Translations under genes and position numbers: made by a program
Shown here: in pieces, positions 12,931 to 27,100 of the stretch
Numbering within the stretch: the stretch's first letter is position 1
Layout of the letters: every line of letters begins with the position of its first letter
The notes under the pieces: generated by a model
What the model was told of the DNA's origin: nothing
The model's input: the letters and a program-made list of their open reading frames with translations, nothing else
Database searches by the model: none
Origin: Chrysomallon squamiferum
Taxonomy: Eukaryota; Animalia; Mollusca
Assembly: GCA_012295275.1 (NCBI GenBank)
Contig: CM022666.1
Location: 6,200,001 to 6,264,000, forward strand
Reading direction: 5' to 3'
DNA: 64,000 nucleotides

Positions 12931-14442
12931 TGAACTGCCACAGTGAGTACAATAAAAAACAAAAACAGAATTCTTTTTTACAGACGTGACGATGTACGGT
13001 ACTCAGGTTGGAGCCACAAACACGAATACTCCCACTGATTGTGGTGTCTTTAGATATACTGCTACTGTAAGACAGATGAAGGATAAAGTAGTCATAGACT
13101 TTGTTATTGAAAAAGATCAGAGTTCACGTAAATAATTTTAGCCCTAATATGTACTTATTGTAAATGAAACAACAACAATAACATAATAATATTCATAATC
13201 AGAACAATAATTCTGATAATGATGACGTAGATGATAATAACAATAACAATGATGATTATGATAATAGTTATGACGATGGTGATTATGAATTCGATATAAT
13301 AATAGGTATGACAGTTGCTTGTTTTATATATATCTGTCGTATTTGAAAATTTAGTTATTTCGATTAATTTATTACTACTTTTATTGATTTTCTTGTTTTC
13401 TTTTTCTCTTATTTTTCTTTCTTATTCTTGTTTCGATCGTGTATCACCATATGTGTGATTGTTAAAACAAAAATTTATTTTTAATTTCTGAAGCTAGGGT
13501 GTGTGCTTTGAACAAGTTTTATGACTGCCTTTTATTAAGAGAAATCAGGCAAGAAAAAAAAAGATGCGCATATTATCAATGTAAGAAATGGAGCGGCGGA
13601 ACAGTTAAAAGGCATTATGAAGGTAAGACTTATTGTCTTTACAAGTAACTTACAGGTTGAACTTGCCAAACTCGGCATTCTAAGTTGGGACCTGCACAGT
13701 CCAATATTTGTAAAGTATTAAGTTCGAACTCAGTCAAACAGCCAACACCGAACACTTCAGTGAAACTGCGCGTCTGTGTGAGACCAGCCTCTCCAAAAGA
13801 TCTTTTCTCTCCGTCATAGTCACTATTTTAGTTCTGGTATCCTTCAAGATGCAAATACGAGACGATCTGGGATGTTGCATATTTACATAGAAGACCGGTA
13901 TAACGACGTCTACAACTGTCCAGAAACAAGACACTGCACAGCAAGAAGCAATTTGTAAAAATAGCGCGAAGATTCCGTGACGATACGAGCGAAATAATAT
14001 CGAGTTGTGGGCCTTTCCAGGAGAATTCAGCCTCTACATTTCAAATGTATCATAGATAGCTACTAAATCTAGTTAAGAAAACAAATTTAAAAAAAAGTTT
14101 AAAATATAAACAATTTCACCGAAGTGTGTTGAGTATTCTGACAAGAAGATTACAGGTGGTGTTATGGAAAACGGTTAATTTGTCGATTTCCAGACATTTC
14201 TTTACGCAATGTTTTCTTATTCTTAAATTTACCTCTGTGCTTCAGCAATCCAAAAACAGTCCTAATTTATTTTATTTTTTTCCTTTCTTACGCTCATTTC
14301 AGGCTGTATAGTCGATGGTGTATGTCGCCATCCTGGGTACAATAAGCATACAGGCTGGTTTTGGGGGAAGGAGAAATGTAGCTGTGACCACTATGGACAT
14401 TATGGATGTGATCGCCTTTACTGTATGTTTCACTGTCACTGA
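11583..14442 (+). CDS. Secreted Cys-rich modular protein, 5 coding exons, about 217 aa (intact copy)
   Basis: Exons 11583-11670 (signal-peptide-like MSAVIFLLIMVMSFQHVLS), 12061-12213, 12984-13127, 13494-13622 and 14303-14442. All introns are GT-AG and phase 1; 654 nt open. The protein ends ...RVCALNKFYDCLLLREIRQEKKRCAYYQCKKWSGGTVKRHYEGCIVDGVCRHPGYNKHTGWFWGKEKCSCDHYGHYGCDRLYCMFHCH*, with AATAAA just after the stop. Confidence 0.85.
12302..12615. mobile_element. MITE (Tc1/mariner/pogo-type), 314 bp, in intron 2 of the secreted gene
   Basis: Perfect 23-bp TIR caggtaccggaccaattatccgg / ccggataattggtccggtacctg, flanked by TA on both sides; no transposase. Confidence 0.88.
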
Positions 14443-15262
14443 GAAATAAAATTTACATGATTTATATAATGTATTACTTTATGTCTTTTTTAACATACCC
14501 AATCAAAAAAAAAAAAAAAAAAGACAACAATAAAACATAGTAAGTGATAGTATTCTTAGTATTAGTAGCTCTGTAAGAGCAGTAGTAGTAGTAATGGATC
14601 AGTAAAAGTAGTAGCAGTACTAGTAGCACTATAAGGTAGTAGTACAAGAAGCATTACTAGTAAAAGTGCAGGTGGATGTTCAACAGCAACAGTAACAATC
14701 GTAGTAAGAGTACAGTAGCAGTAGTAGTAGCAATACTAGTAGCAGTAGTAGTAGCAGTAGTAGTAGCACTGGAAATACAAGAGTAAGAGAAGAAGCAGCA
14801 GGAGCAATAGATGCGGTAGTAATGGTAGCAGTAGGTAGTAGTAGTAGAAGAACAATTTACAATTTATCCATCTAATTGCCAACAGAAATTATAAATACTG
14901 TTGTCGTCGTCGTCGTCGTCGTCGTTGTTGTTGTTACTGTTATCATCAACATCATCGTTATTATTGCTGTTGTCATCGGCGTCGTTGGTGCTGTTATCAT
15001 CATCAGCATCATCATTATAATTATTATTATTGAGACACTGACAGACAACAGTATTCAGTTAACAAATTTTCACTGCTGTAACTAGACTGTGTTTAAAAGC
15101 CGAGTGGAGCTGGGCAGCACCATTTGTACGAGTGATCTGGGAGCCGCCTAGAGACTCTAGAAGCTCCGACTCCAAAGAGTAACCGTAGACATAAACAGAT
15201 TCATTCAGTGGATATCATTTCTATCGGAATAGAGATTTATATTTTATATGTCCTAAATAAAA

Positions 15263-15315
<53 letters not shown>

Positions 15316-15328
15316 AATAAATAAATAA

Positions 15329-15386
<58 letters not shown>

Positions 15387-15943
15387 AAAAAAAAAAAAAA
15401 ATTAAAAATAAAGAATTAAATTTGAATTTAAAGTATTAATTTCTAGATGTTAATACTGATATTAACATTTTACTTCTTACATATTAATAGTGGTATTAAC
15501 ACTTTTACTTTTTCTCTTGTTCCATATTACTGGTGTTATCTCCATTTTTCCTGAATGTTACTGCTGTTAACATTTTTACTTACTACATCATTCTGTTTCT
15601 AATGGCATTCTTACTTATTACATGTTGCTACTGGAATTACAATTTATATTTACTACATGTTACTACTAGCATTCATATTATTACATCCTACATGTTAGTA
15701 CTGATATTTACATTATTACGTTCTACGTTAGTGCTGTTATAAACAGTATTACTATCTACATGTTACTGCTGTTATTAACATTATTACTTACATGTTACTA
15801 CTGATAGTAACATTCCTACATCTCCAGACATTTCTAAACGCAGTGTTTTCTTATTCTCAAATTTGCCTACATGCTTTAACTAACTTATTTCCCTTGAAGC
15901 ATTTAAAAATATTACTAACTTATTTTCTGTTTCCTTCCTTCCG

Positions 15944-16086
15944 GCTATTTGGTCGATGATAATTGTCGGAATCCTGGTTACAAAAGTCAAAGTGGCTGGC
16001 TTTGCAGGTAACGGATATCTATGTGTCACTGCACTGGAAGAACTTAATTACAAGTTTAAATTTGTATTGAAATGCACTTTCACTGA
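15944..16086 (+). pseudogene. Orphan decayed exon-5 paralog of the secreted Cys-rich family
   Basis: YLVDDNCRNPGYKSQSGWLCR* aligns with CIVDGVCRHPGYNKHTGWFWG. It has the same cactgagaa 3' end; the acceptor is mutated. Confidence 0.7.
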
Positions 16087-17588
16087 GAAGTAAAATTTCA
16101 ATGATGGATGGAATGTATCAATTGATGCCTTAAAATTTTGTTTACCCGTCAAAAACAAGTACAATCAGTGCTCTTAATGGCAGTGTTCTTAGTACTAATA
16201 GGTTAGTATGAGCGATAGTAGTAGTAGAGCTGTAGACGAAGCAGCAGTACTAGTAACATTACAAGAGTAACACAAGAAGTAGTAGTAGTAGAAAAAGAGT
16301 GGTAATAGTATTTGATATTTCTTCTAACGGATCTAGTCACTTTCTCAGACAAATGTATGACTTTACTTTGTTGCTTGGATAAAACTGTCCTAATCAAAAT
16401 TTGTAATTACTCTTTTGCGTTAAATATACAAACAGAAGCAAAGCTGGAATTTGTACATTAGTGATCGCGCACACACACGCATACACACACACAGATAGAT
16501 GCACAACATATGCAGAATCATACATATATACACATTCAAGGACACACCAAATGCAATTTTTATATACCATATTATATAATTTGATGTTTATTGTCATAAT
16601 GAGTAATATATAAACTCGTTATTCTGCTTTATAATCAATGAATAATGCAAAGATTAATAAAACTGTACCATTTATCTTTAAAGAACATCAGTGATACATA
16701 TATCACTTGGAAAGACATATATCAATGCATTCCTCGTGAAATTTTATATTCTAATACTTGTCAGAACAGAACTAACGTAAAATATTTTATACATCAATTT
16801 AAATTTAAATATATTCATAACATCGAGTACTTATATTTATTAACGCTGTATTAACAGAGTAGTTTTGTTGCTGGCAAGATCCTACAACATACGTGGTAAA
16901 GTATAATACTACTCACAGTTGAATTAACATTTCACATTGTAACGTTGGAAATGCTATTGACGTTTTACTCACTACATTAACTCATATTGACTACCAATAA
17001 CTCTACATCATTCTTGTTACTACTAGTACCAGTACTAAGAATTTTTCTTACTTCGTGCTGCTGCTGGTATGAACATTTTTACACACAATATGTCACCTCC
17101 TTTATATTATATTTTAATGTTACAACTAGTACTAACATTTTTACTATATGTTACTAGTAGTACTAACATTTTTACTTACTACATCTTACTACTAATATTA
17201 ACATTTTTACTACGACATATCTGATATTTACTCGTAAATTTACTGTATGTTACTAATAACAGTTTTACTAGATATTAGTACTAGTACTAACATTTTTACT
17301 TACTACATGTTACTACTAATATTAACATTATTACCTTCGAGATATCGATACTGAAATTTACTTGTGCATTTACTATACGTTACTAATAGTACTAAAATTT
17401 TTACTCTATGTTACTACTAGTACCAATATTTTCACTTACGATAAATTAATACTAAAATTTATATTTTGATTCACTGCAGGTTAATACTAACGTTACCATT
17501 TTTACTAAAAGTTACTACTGGTATTAACAGTCTTCGTTACTCCATGTTATTATTAGTATTAATATTTTTGCTTTTGCAAATACTGATG

Positions 17589-18152
17589 CAATGGTACCTG
17601 TATTTACGAGTGCCCCAACTTATGAGTTTTATTAGTTTCGAACAGACGCTTTGAGTTGCGAGCCAAAATCCGAGTTACGAGCGGGCTTCGATTACGCCGC
17701 CGTTAGTTGGCCAGAATTCTGCATCTCACTTGTTTTCTTCACGTGGTTACCTCGTCCCGGAAGAATGTCTGTTGTCTTGTGTTGTGCTCGCGTTTTGTGC
17801 AGTAGTTTGCCAAATTTCTTATTTTCTGGCCATGGATTCTGAGTGAAAAGGACAGTGCTGAGAAGAAGAAACGGATGATTTCCTTTTTATTAAAGCTCGA
17901 ATTCATAGAAAAACATGACCGAGGTGTGCATGTAGTCGATTTGGCTACTTTATATTTGTAGTTCGTAAATACATATTTATTATTTGAAAGCACATTACAT
18001 AACAAAGGAAAAAAAGGTGTTTGGGGTGGGACTGGAGCGGATGAATGGTATTTCAGTTAACTTCAGTTGGGAGAATTGATTTGATTTACGATCAAATTGA
18101 GATGCGAGCTCGGTCGCGGAACGACTTAAACTCGTAAGTCAAGGGACCACTG
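17589..18152 (+). mobile_element. Tigger/pogo-like element, duplicated copy
   Basis: Same TIRs, internal sequence and flanks as 10940-11491. Confidence 0.8.
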
Positions 18153-18243
18153 TATTTATATTTGATTTACTATAGGTTACTTCTGCTATTAAAATTTTCA
18201 CTTAATCTTGTCGATTACAAATATTTATAGTCAACAATTCAAG

Positions 18244-18697
18244 ATGTCGGCAGTAATGTTCCTTCTGATTATGGTTATTTCGTTCCAACACGTGCTATCA
18301 AAAGGAGTTGTATACGATTCACATAAGGAAAGTATGTCATGATTTTCGTTACGGAATGTGTTCTATTCTTAACATCACTTTCAATTTATGTCACATTTAA
18401 ATAATATCTTTATCGGGTATTGCAAACAAAATAATAAAGAAAAAACAATAAATAAATAAATACATAAATAAATAAATAAATAAATAATAACTAACTTATT
18501 TCCCTTGAAGCATTTAAAAATATTACTAACTTATTTTCTGTTTCCTTCCTTCCGGCTATTTGGTCGATGATGATTGTCGGAATCCTGGTTACAAAAGTCA
18601 AAGTGGCTGGCTTTGCAGGTAACGGATATCTATGTGTCACTGCACTGGAAGAACTTAATTATAAGTTTAAATTTGTATTGAAATGTACTTTCACTGA
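18244..18697 (+). pseudogene. Secreted Cys-rich family remnant: exon 1 followed directly by a decayed exon-5 paralog
   Basis: Exon 1 at 18244-18331, then a deletion junction in a (TAAA)n tract at about 18490. Exon-5-like segment 18555-18697 (YLVDDDCRNPGYKSQSGWLCR*) has its acceptor AG mutated to GG. Confidence 0.75.
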
Positions 18698-20532
18698 GAG
18701 GTAAAATTTCAGTGATGGATGGAATGTATCACTTGATGCTTTAAAGTTTGCTTACCCGTCAAAAACAAGTACAATCAGTGATCTTAATGGCAGTGTCTTT
18801 AGTACTAATAGGTTAGTATGAGCTTTAGTAATAGTAGAGCAGTAGACGAAGCAGCAGCAGCAATAGTTGCAGTATTAGTAGCATCACAGGAGTAACAGAA
18901 GAAGTAGTAGTAGAACACGTAATAGTAGTAGAAGAACAATGGTAGTAGAGGCAAGGCTGTAGTATCAGCACCATAAATAATGCAGCAACAACCGCTGTAG
19001 TATTTGTATTAACGGTAATAATAGTAGTTATAGTAGCAGTAGTAGCACACTAGTAGAACCAATAGCGAGTACTACGAACACTAAAAGCGAAGGAACAGTT
19101 ATACAAATTCTAGGAATGGTAGTTGTAGTAGCAGCAGCAGTAGAGTAGATATAGTAATATAATAGAAGTCGGCACCAATATGTAATAGTAGAACAGTAAT
19201 CGTTGTAGAACAGTTGTAGCAGCGTCGTTGTAGAGAAGAAGAGTGGTAATAGTATTTGATATTTCTTCTAACGGATCTAGTCACTTTCTCAGACAAATGT
19301 ATGACTTTACTTTGTTGCTTGGATAAAATTGTCCTAATCAAAATTTGTAATTACTCTTTTGTGTTAAATATACAAACAGAAGCAAAGCTGGAATTTGTAC
19401 ATTAGTGATCGCGCACACACACACGTACACACATACAGATAGATGCACAACATATACAGAATCATACATATATACACATTCAAGGACACACCAAATGCAA
19501 TTTTTATATACCATATTATATAATTTGATGTTTATTGTCATAATGAGTAATATTTAAACTCGTTATTCTGTTTTATAGTCAATGAATTATGCAAAGATTA
19601 ATAAAACTGTACCATTTATCTTTAAAGAACATCAGTGATACATCTATCACTTGGAAAGACATATATCACTGCATACCTCGTGAAATTCTATATTCTAATA
19701 CTTGTCAGAACAGAACTAACGTAAAATATTTTATACATCAATTTAAATTTAAATATATTCATAACATCGAGTACTTATATTTATTAACGCTGTATTAACA
19801 GTGTAGTTTTGTTGTTGGCATGATACTACAACATACGTGGTAAAGTATAATACTACTCACAGTTGAATTAACATTTCACATTGTAACGTTGCAACTGCTA
19901 TTCACATTTTACTCACTACATTAACTCCTAATGACTACTAATAACTCTACCTCCTTCTTGTTACTACTAGTACTAGTACTAAGAATTTTACTTACTTCGT
20001 GCTGCTGCTGTTATGATCATTTTTACACACGATATGTCACCACCTTTATTTATATTTTAATGTTACAACTAGTACTAACATTTTTACTATATGTTACTAC
20101 TAGTACTAACATTTTTACTTACTACATGTTACTACTAATATTAACATTTTACCTTCGACAGATCTGATATTTACTCGTAAATTTACTTTATGTTACTAAT
20201 AACACTTTTCCTAGATATTAGTACTAGTACTAACATTTTTACTTACCACACGTTACTACTAATTTTAACATTATTACCTTCGACATATCGATACTGAAAT
20301 TTACTTGTGCATTTACTATAGTTAGTAATAGTACTAACATTTTTACTCTATATGTTACTACTGGTATTAATATTTTCAGTTACGATAAATTAATACTGAA
20401 ATTTATATTTTGATTCACTGCAGGTTAATACTAACGTTACCATTTTTACTAAAAGTTACTACTGGTATTAACAGTCTTAGTTACTCCATGTTATTATTAG
20501 TATTAATATTTTTGCTTTTGCAAATACTGATG

Positions 20533-21095
20533 CAATGGTACCTGTATTTACGAGTGCCCCAACTTATGAGTTTTATTAGTTTCGAACAGACGCTTTGAGT
20601 TGCGAGCCAAAATCCGAGTTACGAGCGGGCTTCGATTACGCCGCCGTTAGTTGTCAGAATTCTGCATCTCACTTGTTTTCTTCACGTGGTTACCTCGTCC
20701 CGGAAGAATGTCTGTTGTCTTGTGTTGTGCTCGCGTTTTGTGCAGTAGTTTGCCAAATTTCTTATTTTCTGGCCATGGATTCTGAGTGAAAAGGACAGTG
20801 CTGAGAAGAAGAAACGGATGATTTCCTTTTTATTAAAGCTCGAATTCATAGAAAAACATGACCGAGGTGTGCATGTAGTCGATTTGGCTACTTTATATTT
20901 GTAGTTCGTAAATACATATTTATTATTTGAAAGCACATTACATAACAAAGGAAAAAAAGGTGTTTGGGGTGGGACTGGAGCGGATGAATGGTATTTCAGT
21001 TAACTTCAGTTGGGAGAATTGATTTGATTTACGATCAAATTGAGATGCGAGCTCGGTCGCGGAACGACTTAAATTCGTAAGTCAAGGGACCACTG
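20533..21095 (+). mobile_element. Tigger/pogo-like element, duplicated copy
   Basis: Near-identical to 17589-18152. Confidence 0.8.
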
Positions 21096-21186
21096 TATTT
21101 ATATTTGATTTACTATAGGTTACTTCTGCTATTAAAATTTTCACTTAATCTTGTCGATTACAAATATTTATAGTCAACAATTCAAG

Positions 21187-21391
21187 ATGTCGGCAGTAAT
21201 TTTCCTTCTGATTATGGTTATGTCGTTCCAACACGCGCTATCAAAAGGAGTTGTATACGATTCACATAAGGAAAGTACGTCATGATTTTCGTTACGGAAT
21301 GTGTTCTATTCTTAACATCACTTTCAATTTATGTCACATTTAAATAATATCTTTATCGGGTATTGCAAAGAAAATAATAAAGAAAAAACAA

Positions 21392-21423
<32 letters not shown>

Positions 21424-21449
21424 AATAATAATAATAATGATGATGGTGA

Positions 21450-21490
<41 letters not shown>

Positions 21491-22435
21491 ATAATAATAA
21501 TAATAAAAATAATATCAAATAGCAAGTCAAATGTTTTATACAGAAATAGACTACAGACATTCAGTTTACTAAGTTCACCTTTTTCCAGATTTACAAGAAA
21601 GAGTTAGACAGATACACGCAAAGTCTGACACATAGATCAAAGAAATATATGTATTTTTTAGCGTTTTCAGGTGTATACAAGACATCAACTAAACAGTGTG
21701 AGACAAAGTGGGGTAAAGTAAAAGTAGGAGAAAACATCCATCAGTTCTTATATCACGGTTACACGACACTTAAATGCGTTGAGGGTGGTTTCAAAATCGA
21801 TCAAGGAACTTCATGTAAGTAATTCATGTTGTAAAAAGCAATTCTTTGTTTTATTGTAGATGTTCCAAATTAAGAAAATACTTAAGCAAACAGTGAAAAA
21901 TACAGGTACCGGACCAATTATCCGGACTCCTTGTGGCCTGAGGCATTCCGTATTTCAGGATTTTCCGGTTTTCTGCTACCAAGGCATCTAAATAAGAAAA
22001 TAATTAGGCATAAACATCTTTTATAATTGAAAACATGAAGAAAATCGATAAACACAACTATGGCTACTCGACACGTAAACAATGCGGCGAGTGAATGAAC
22101 GCCACACGGCTTGAAAGAGAAGTTCCGGTCGGGTGAGAACATAGCGTCGGGAAAACACTTCCGGTTTTCTGGTCTTTCGGGATTTCCGGACGCCGGATAA
22201 TTGGTCCGGTACCTGTAACTCGTATTAAATTAGCGTTAAAAGATGAAGAGGTAAGTCGGAAGGAACTGTGGAACAAAGAGTCATCAGAATCTGATGATTG
22301 ACAAAGACAAGTCTCAGTGGCTCAGAAAAAACAAACATGTTTATACTTGATAGTCAAACTCATTTAAATGCTTGGCAGTTAACAACACATCTCAGCAGCT
22401 TGTAAAATGGATTAAATCTGAATAAAAAATGGGTT

Positions 22436-22520
<85 letters not shown>

Positions 22521-23212
22521 TGAACTGCCACAGTGAGTACAATAAAAAACAAAAACAGAATTCTTTTTTACAGACGTGACGATGTACGGTACTCAGGTTG
22601 GAGCCACAAACACGAATACTCCCACTGAGTGTGGTGTCTTTAGATATACTGCTACTGTAAGACAGATGAAGGATAAAGTAGTCATAGACTTTATTATTGA
22701 AAAAGATCAGAGTTCACGTAAATAATTTTAGCCCTAATATGTACTTATTGTAAATGAAACAACAACAATAACATAATAATATTCATAATCAGAACAATAA
22801 TTCTGATAATGATGACGTAGATGATAATAACAATAACAATGATGATTATGATAATAGTTATGACGATGGTGATTATGAATTCGATATAATAATAGGTATG
22901 ACAGTTGCTTGTTTTATATATATCTGTCGTATTTGAAAATTTAGTTATTTCGATTAATTTATTACTACTTTTATTGATTTTCTTGTTTTCTTTTTCTCTT
23001 ATTTTTCTTTCTTATTCTTGTTTCGATCGTGTATCACCATATGTGTGATTGTTAAAACAAAAATTTATTTTTAATTTCTGAAGCTAGGGTGTGTGCTTTG
23101 AACAAGTTTTATGACTGCCTTTTATTAAGAGAAATAAGGCAAGAAAAAAAAAGATGCGCATATTATCAATGTAAGAAATGGAGCGGCGGAACAGTTAAAA
23201 GGCATTATGAAG
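21187..23212 (+). pseudogene. Secreted Cys-rich family copy, exons 1-4 open, own exon 5 lost
   Basis: Exons 21187-21274, 21662-21814, 22574-22717 and 23084-23212 are near-identical to the intact copy. Intron 4 is cut at about 23634 by a junction to another exon-1 region. Confidence 0.8.
21903..22215. mobile_element. Same MITE, duplicated with the host gene
   Basis: Identical TIRs and insertion site. Confidence 0.88.
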
Positions 23213-23647
23213 GTAAGACTTATTGTCTTTACAAGTAACTTACAGGTTGAACTTGCCAAACTCGGCATTCTAAGTTGGGACCTGCACAGTCCAATATTTG
23301 GAAAGTATTAAGTTCGAACTCAGTCAAACAGCCAACACCGAACACTTCAGTGAAACTGCGCGTCTGTGTGAGTCCACCCTCTCCAAAAGATCTTTTCTCT
23401 CCGTCATAGTCACTATTTTAGTTCTGGTATCCTTCAAGATGCAAATACGAGACGATCTGGGATGTTGCATATTTACATAGAAGACCGGTATAACGACGTC
23501 TACAACAAGACACTGCACAGCAAGAAGCAATTTGTAAAAATAGCGCGAAGATTCCGTGACGATACGAGCGAAATAATATCGAGTTGTGGGCCTTTCCACG
23601 AGAATTCAGCCTCTACATTTCAGATGTATCATAGTCAACAATTCAAG

Positions 23648-24101
23648 ATGTCGGCAGTAATGTTCCTTCTGATTATGGTTATTTCGTTCCAACACGTGCT
23701 ATCAAAAGGAGTTGTATACGATTCACATAAGGAAAGTATGTCATGATTTTCGTTACGGAATGTGTTCTATTCTTAACATCACTTTCAATTTATGTCACAT
23801 TTAAATAATATCTTTATCGGGTATTGCAAACAAAATAATAAAGAAAAAACAATAAATAAATAAATACATAAATAAATAAATAAATAAATAATAACTAACT
23901 TATTTCCCTTGAAGCATTTAAAAATATTACTAACTTATTTTCTGTTTCCTTCCTTCCGGCTATTTGGTCGATGATAATTGTCGGAATCCTGGTTACAAAA
24001 GTCAAAGTGGCTGGCTTTGCAGGTAACGGATATCTATGTGTCACTGCACTGGAAGAACTTAATTATAAGTTTAAATTTGTATTGAAATGTACTTTCACCG
24101 A
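23648..24101 (+). pseudogene. Second exon 1 + decayed exon 5 remnant
   Basis: Exon 1 at 23648-23735 and exon-5-like segment at 23959-24101; near-identical to 18244-18697 at an offset of 5404. Confidence 0.75.
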
Positions 24102-27100
24102 GAGGTAAAATTTCAGTGATGGATGGAATGTATCACTTGATGCTTTAAAGTTTGCTTACCCGTCAAAAACAAGTACAATCAGTGATCTTAATGGCAGTGT
24201 CTTTAGTACTAATAGGTTAGTATGAGCTTTAGTAATAGTAGAGCAGTAGACGAAGCAGCAGCAGCAATAGTTGCAGTATTAGTAGCATCACAGGAGTAAC
24301 AGAAGAAGTAGTAGTAGAACACGTAATAGTAGTAGAAGAACAATGGTAGTAGAGGCAAGGCTGTAGTATCAGCACCATAAATAATGCAGCAACAACCGCT
24401 GTAGTATTTGTATTAACGGTAATAATAGTAGTTATAGTAGCAGTAGTAGCACACTAGTGGAACCAATAGCGAGTACTACGAACACTAAAAGCGAAGGAAC
24501 AGTTATACAAATTCTAGGAATGGTAGTTGTAGTAGCAGCAGCAGTAGAGTAGATATAGTAATATAATAGAAGTCGGCACCAATATATAATAGTAGAACAG
24601 TAATCGTTGTAGAACAGTTGTAGCAGCGTCGTTGTAGAGAAGAAGAGTGGTAATAGTATTTGATATTTCTTCTAACGGATCTAGTCACTTTCTCAGACAA
24701 ATGTATGACTTTACTTTGTTGCTTGGATAAAATTGTCCTAATCAAAATTTGAAATTACTCTTTTGCGTTAAATATACAAACAGAAGCAAAGCTGGAACTT
24801 GTACATTAGTGATCGCGCACACACACACGTACACACACACAGATAGATGCACAACATATGCAGAATCATACATATATACACATTCAAGGACACACCAAAT
24901 GCAATTTTTATATACCATATTATATAATTTGATGTTTATTGTCATAATGAGTAATATATAAACTCGTTATTCTGCTTTATAGTCAATGAATTATGCAAAG
25001 ATTAATAAAACTGTACCATTTATTTTTAAAGAACATCAGTGATACATATATCACTTGGAAAGACATATATCACTGCATTCCTCGTGAAATTTTATATTCT
25101 AATACTTGTCAGAACAGAACTAACGTAAAATATTTTATACATCAATTTAAATTTAAATATATTCATAACATCGAGTACTTATATTTATTAACGCTGTATT
25201 AACAGAGTAGTTTTGTTGTTGGCATGATACTACAACATATGTGGTAAAGTATAATACTACTCACAGTTGAATTAACATTTCACATTGTAACGTTGGAAAT
25301 GCTATTAACGTTTTACTCACTACATTAACTCATATTGACTACCAATAACTCTACATCATTTTTGTTACTACTAGTACCAGTACTAAGAATTTTTCTTACT
25401 TCGTGCTGCTGCTGGTATGAACATTTTTACACACAATATGTCACCTCCTTTATTTATATTTTAATGTTACAACTAGTACTAACATTTTTACTATATGTTA
25501 CTAGTAGTACTAACATTTTTACTTACTACATCTTACTACTAATATTAACATTTTTACTACGACATATCTGATATTTACTCGTAAATTTACTGTATGTTAC
25601 TAATAACAGTTTTACTAGATATTAGTACTAGTACTAACATTTTTACTTACTACATGTTACTACTAATATTAACATTATTACCTTCGAGATATCGATACTG
25701 AAATTTACTTGTCCATTTACTATACGTTACTAATAGTATTAACATTTTTACTCTATGTTACTACTAGTACCAATATTTTCACTTACGATAAATTAATACT
25801 AAAATTTATATTTTGATTCACTGCAGGTTAATACTAACGTTACCATTTTTACTAAAAGTTACTACTGGTATTAACAGTCTTAGTTACTCCATGTTATTAT
25901 TAGTATTAATATTTTTGCTTATGCAAATACTGATGCAATGGTACCTGTATTTACGAGTGCCCCAACTTATGAGTTTTATTAGTTTCGAACAGACGCTTTG
26001 AGTTGCGAGCCAAAATCCGAGATACGAGCGGCCTTCAGTTACTCCGGCGCTAGTTGGCCAGAATCCTTCGTCTCACTCGATTACTTCTGCTGGATACATC
26101 TCTGCTATGTTGTGCACACACACACGCATACACGCACACACGGATAGATGCATAACATATACAGAATCATACATATATACACATTCAAGCACACATCAAA
26201 TGCAATTTGTATATATTATATTATAAAATTTGATTTTTATTTTCATAATGAGAAATATTTAAACTATTTATTCTGCTTTATAGTCAATGAATTATGCAAA
26301 GATTAATAAATCTGTACCATTTATTTTTAAACAACGTCACTGATACATATATCACTCGGAAAGACATATATCATTGCAAACCTCCTCAAATTTTATATCC
26401 TAATACTTGTCAGAATAGAACTACAATAAAATATTTTATACATCAATTTAAATTTATATTTATTCATAACATCGAGTACTTATATTTATTAACGCTGTAT
26501 TAACAGAGTAGTTTTGTTGCTGGCAAGATCCTACAACATATGTGGTAAAGTATAATACTACTCACAGTTGAATTAACATTTCACATTGTAACGTTGGAAA
26601 TGCTATTGACGTTTTACTCACTACATTAACTCATATTGACTACCAATAACTCTACATCATTCTTGATACTACTAGTACCAGTACTAAGAATTTTTCTTAC
26701 TTCGTGCTGCTGCTGGTATGAACATTTTTACACACGATATGTCACCATCTTTATTTACATTTAAATGTTACAACTAGTACTAACATTTATACTATATGTT
26801 ACAACTAGTACTAACATTTATACTATATGTTACTACTAATATTAACATTATTACCTTCGACATTTCGATACTGATATTTACTACTGCATTTACTACACGT
26901 TACTAATAGTATTAACATTTTCAATCTATGTTACTACTAGTACCAATATTTTTACTTACTACATGTTAATACTAATAGTAACATTTTCATTTTCGACAAT
27001 TCGATACGGATATTTAGTCGTAAATTTGCTACACGTTACTAATAATACTAGCACTTGTACTAGATGTTACTACTAGTACTAACATTTTTACTTACCACAT

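Noticed and set aside
14303-14442. Naming the last module as pacifastin, big defensin or conotoxin
   Set aside because: Only the CxC-x7-C-x4-C tail resembles pacifastin; the CNxCxC and CT motifs are absent and the spacing fits no named framework I can verify.
16203-16854. Recurrent short ORFs (MQRLIKLYHL..., MTINIKLYNM..., MIRTVLSKQQ...)
   Set aside because: They recur only because the spacer DNA is duplicated; AT-rich composition, variable ends and no splice or domain support.
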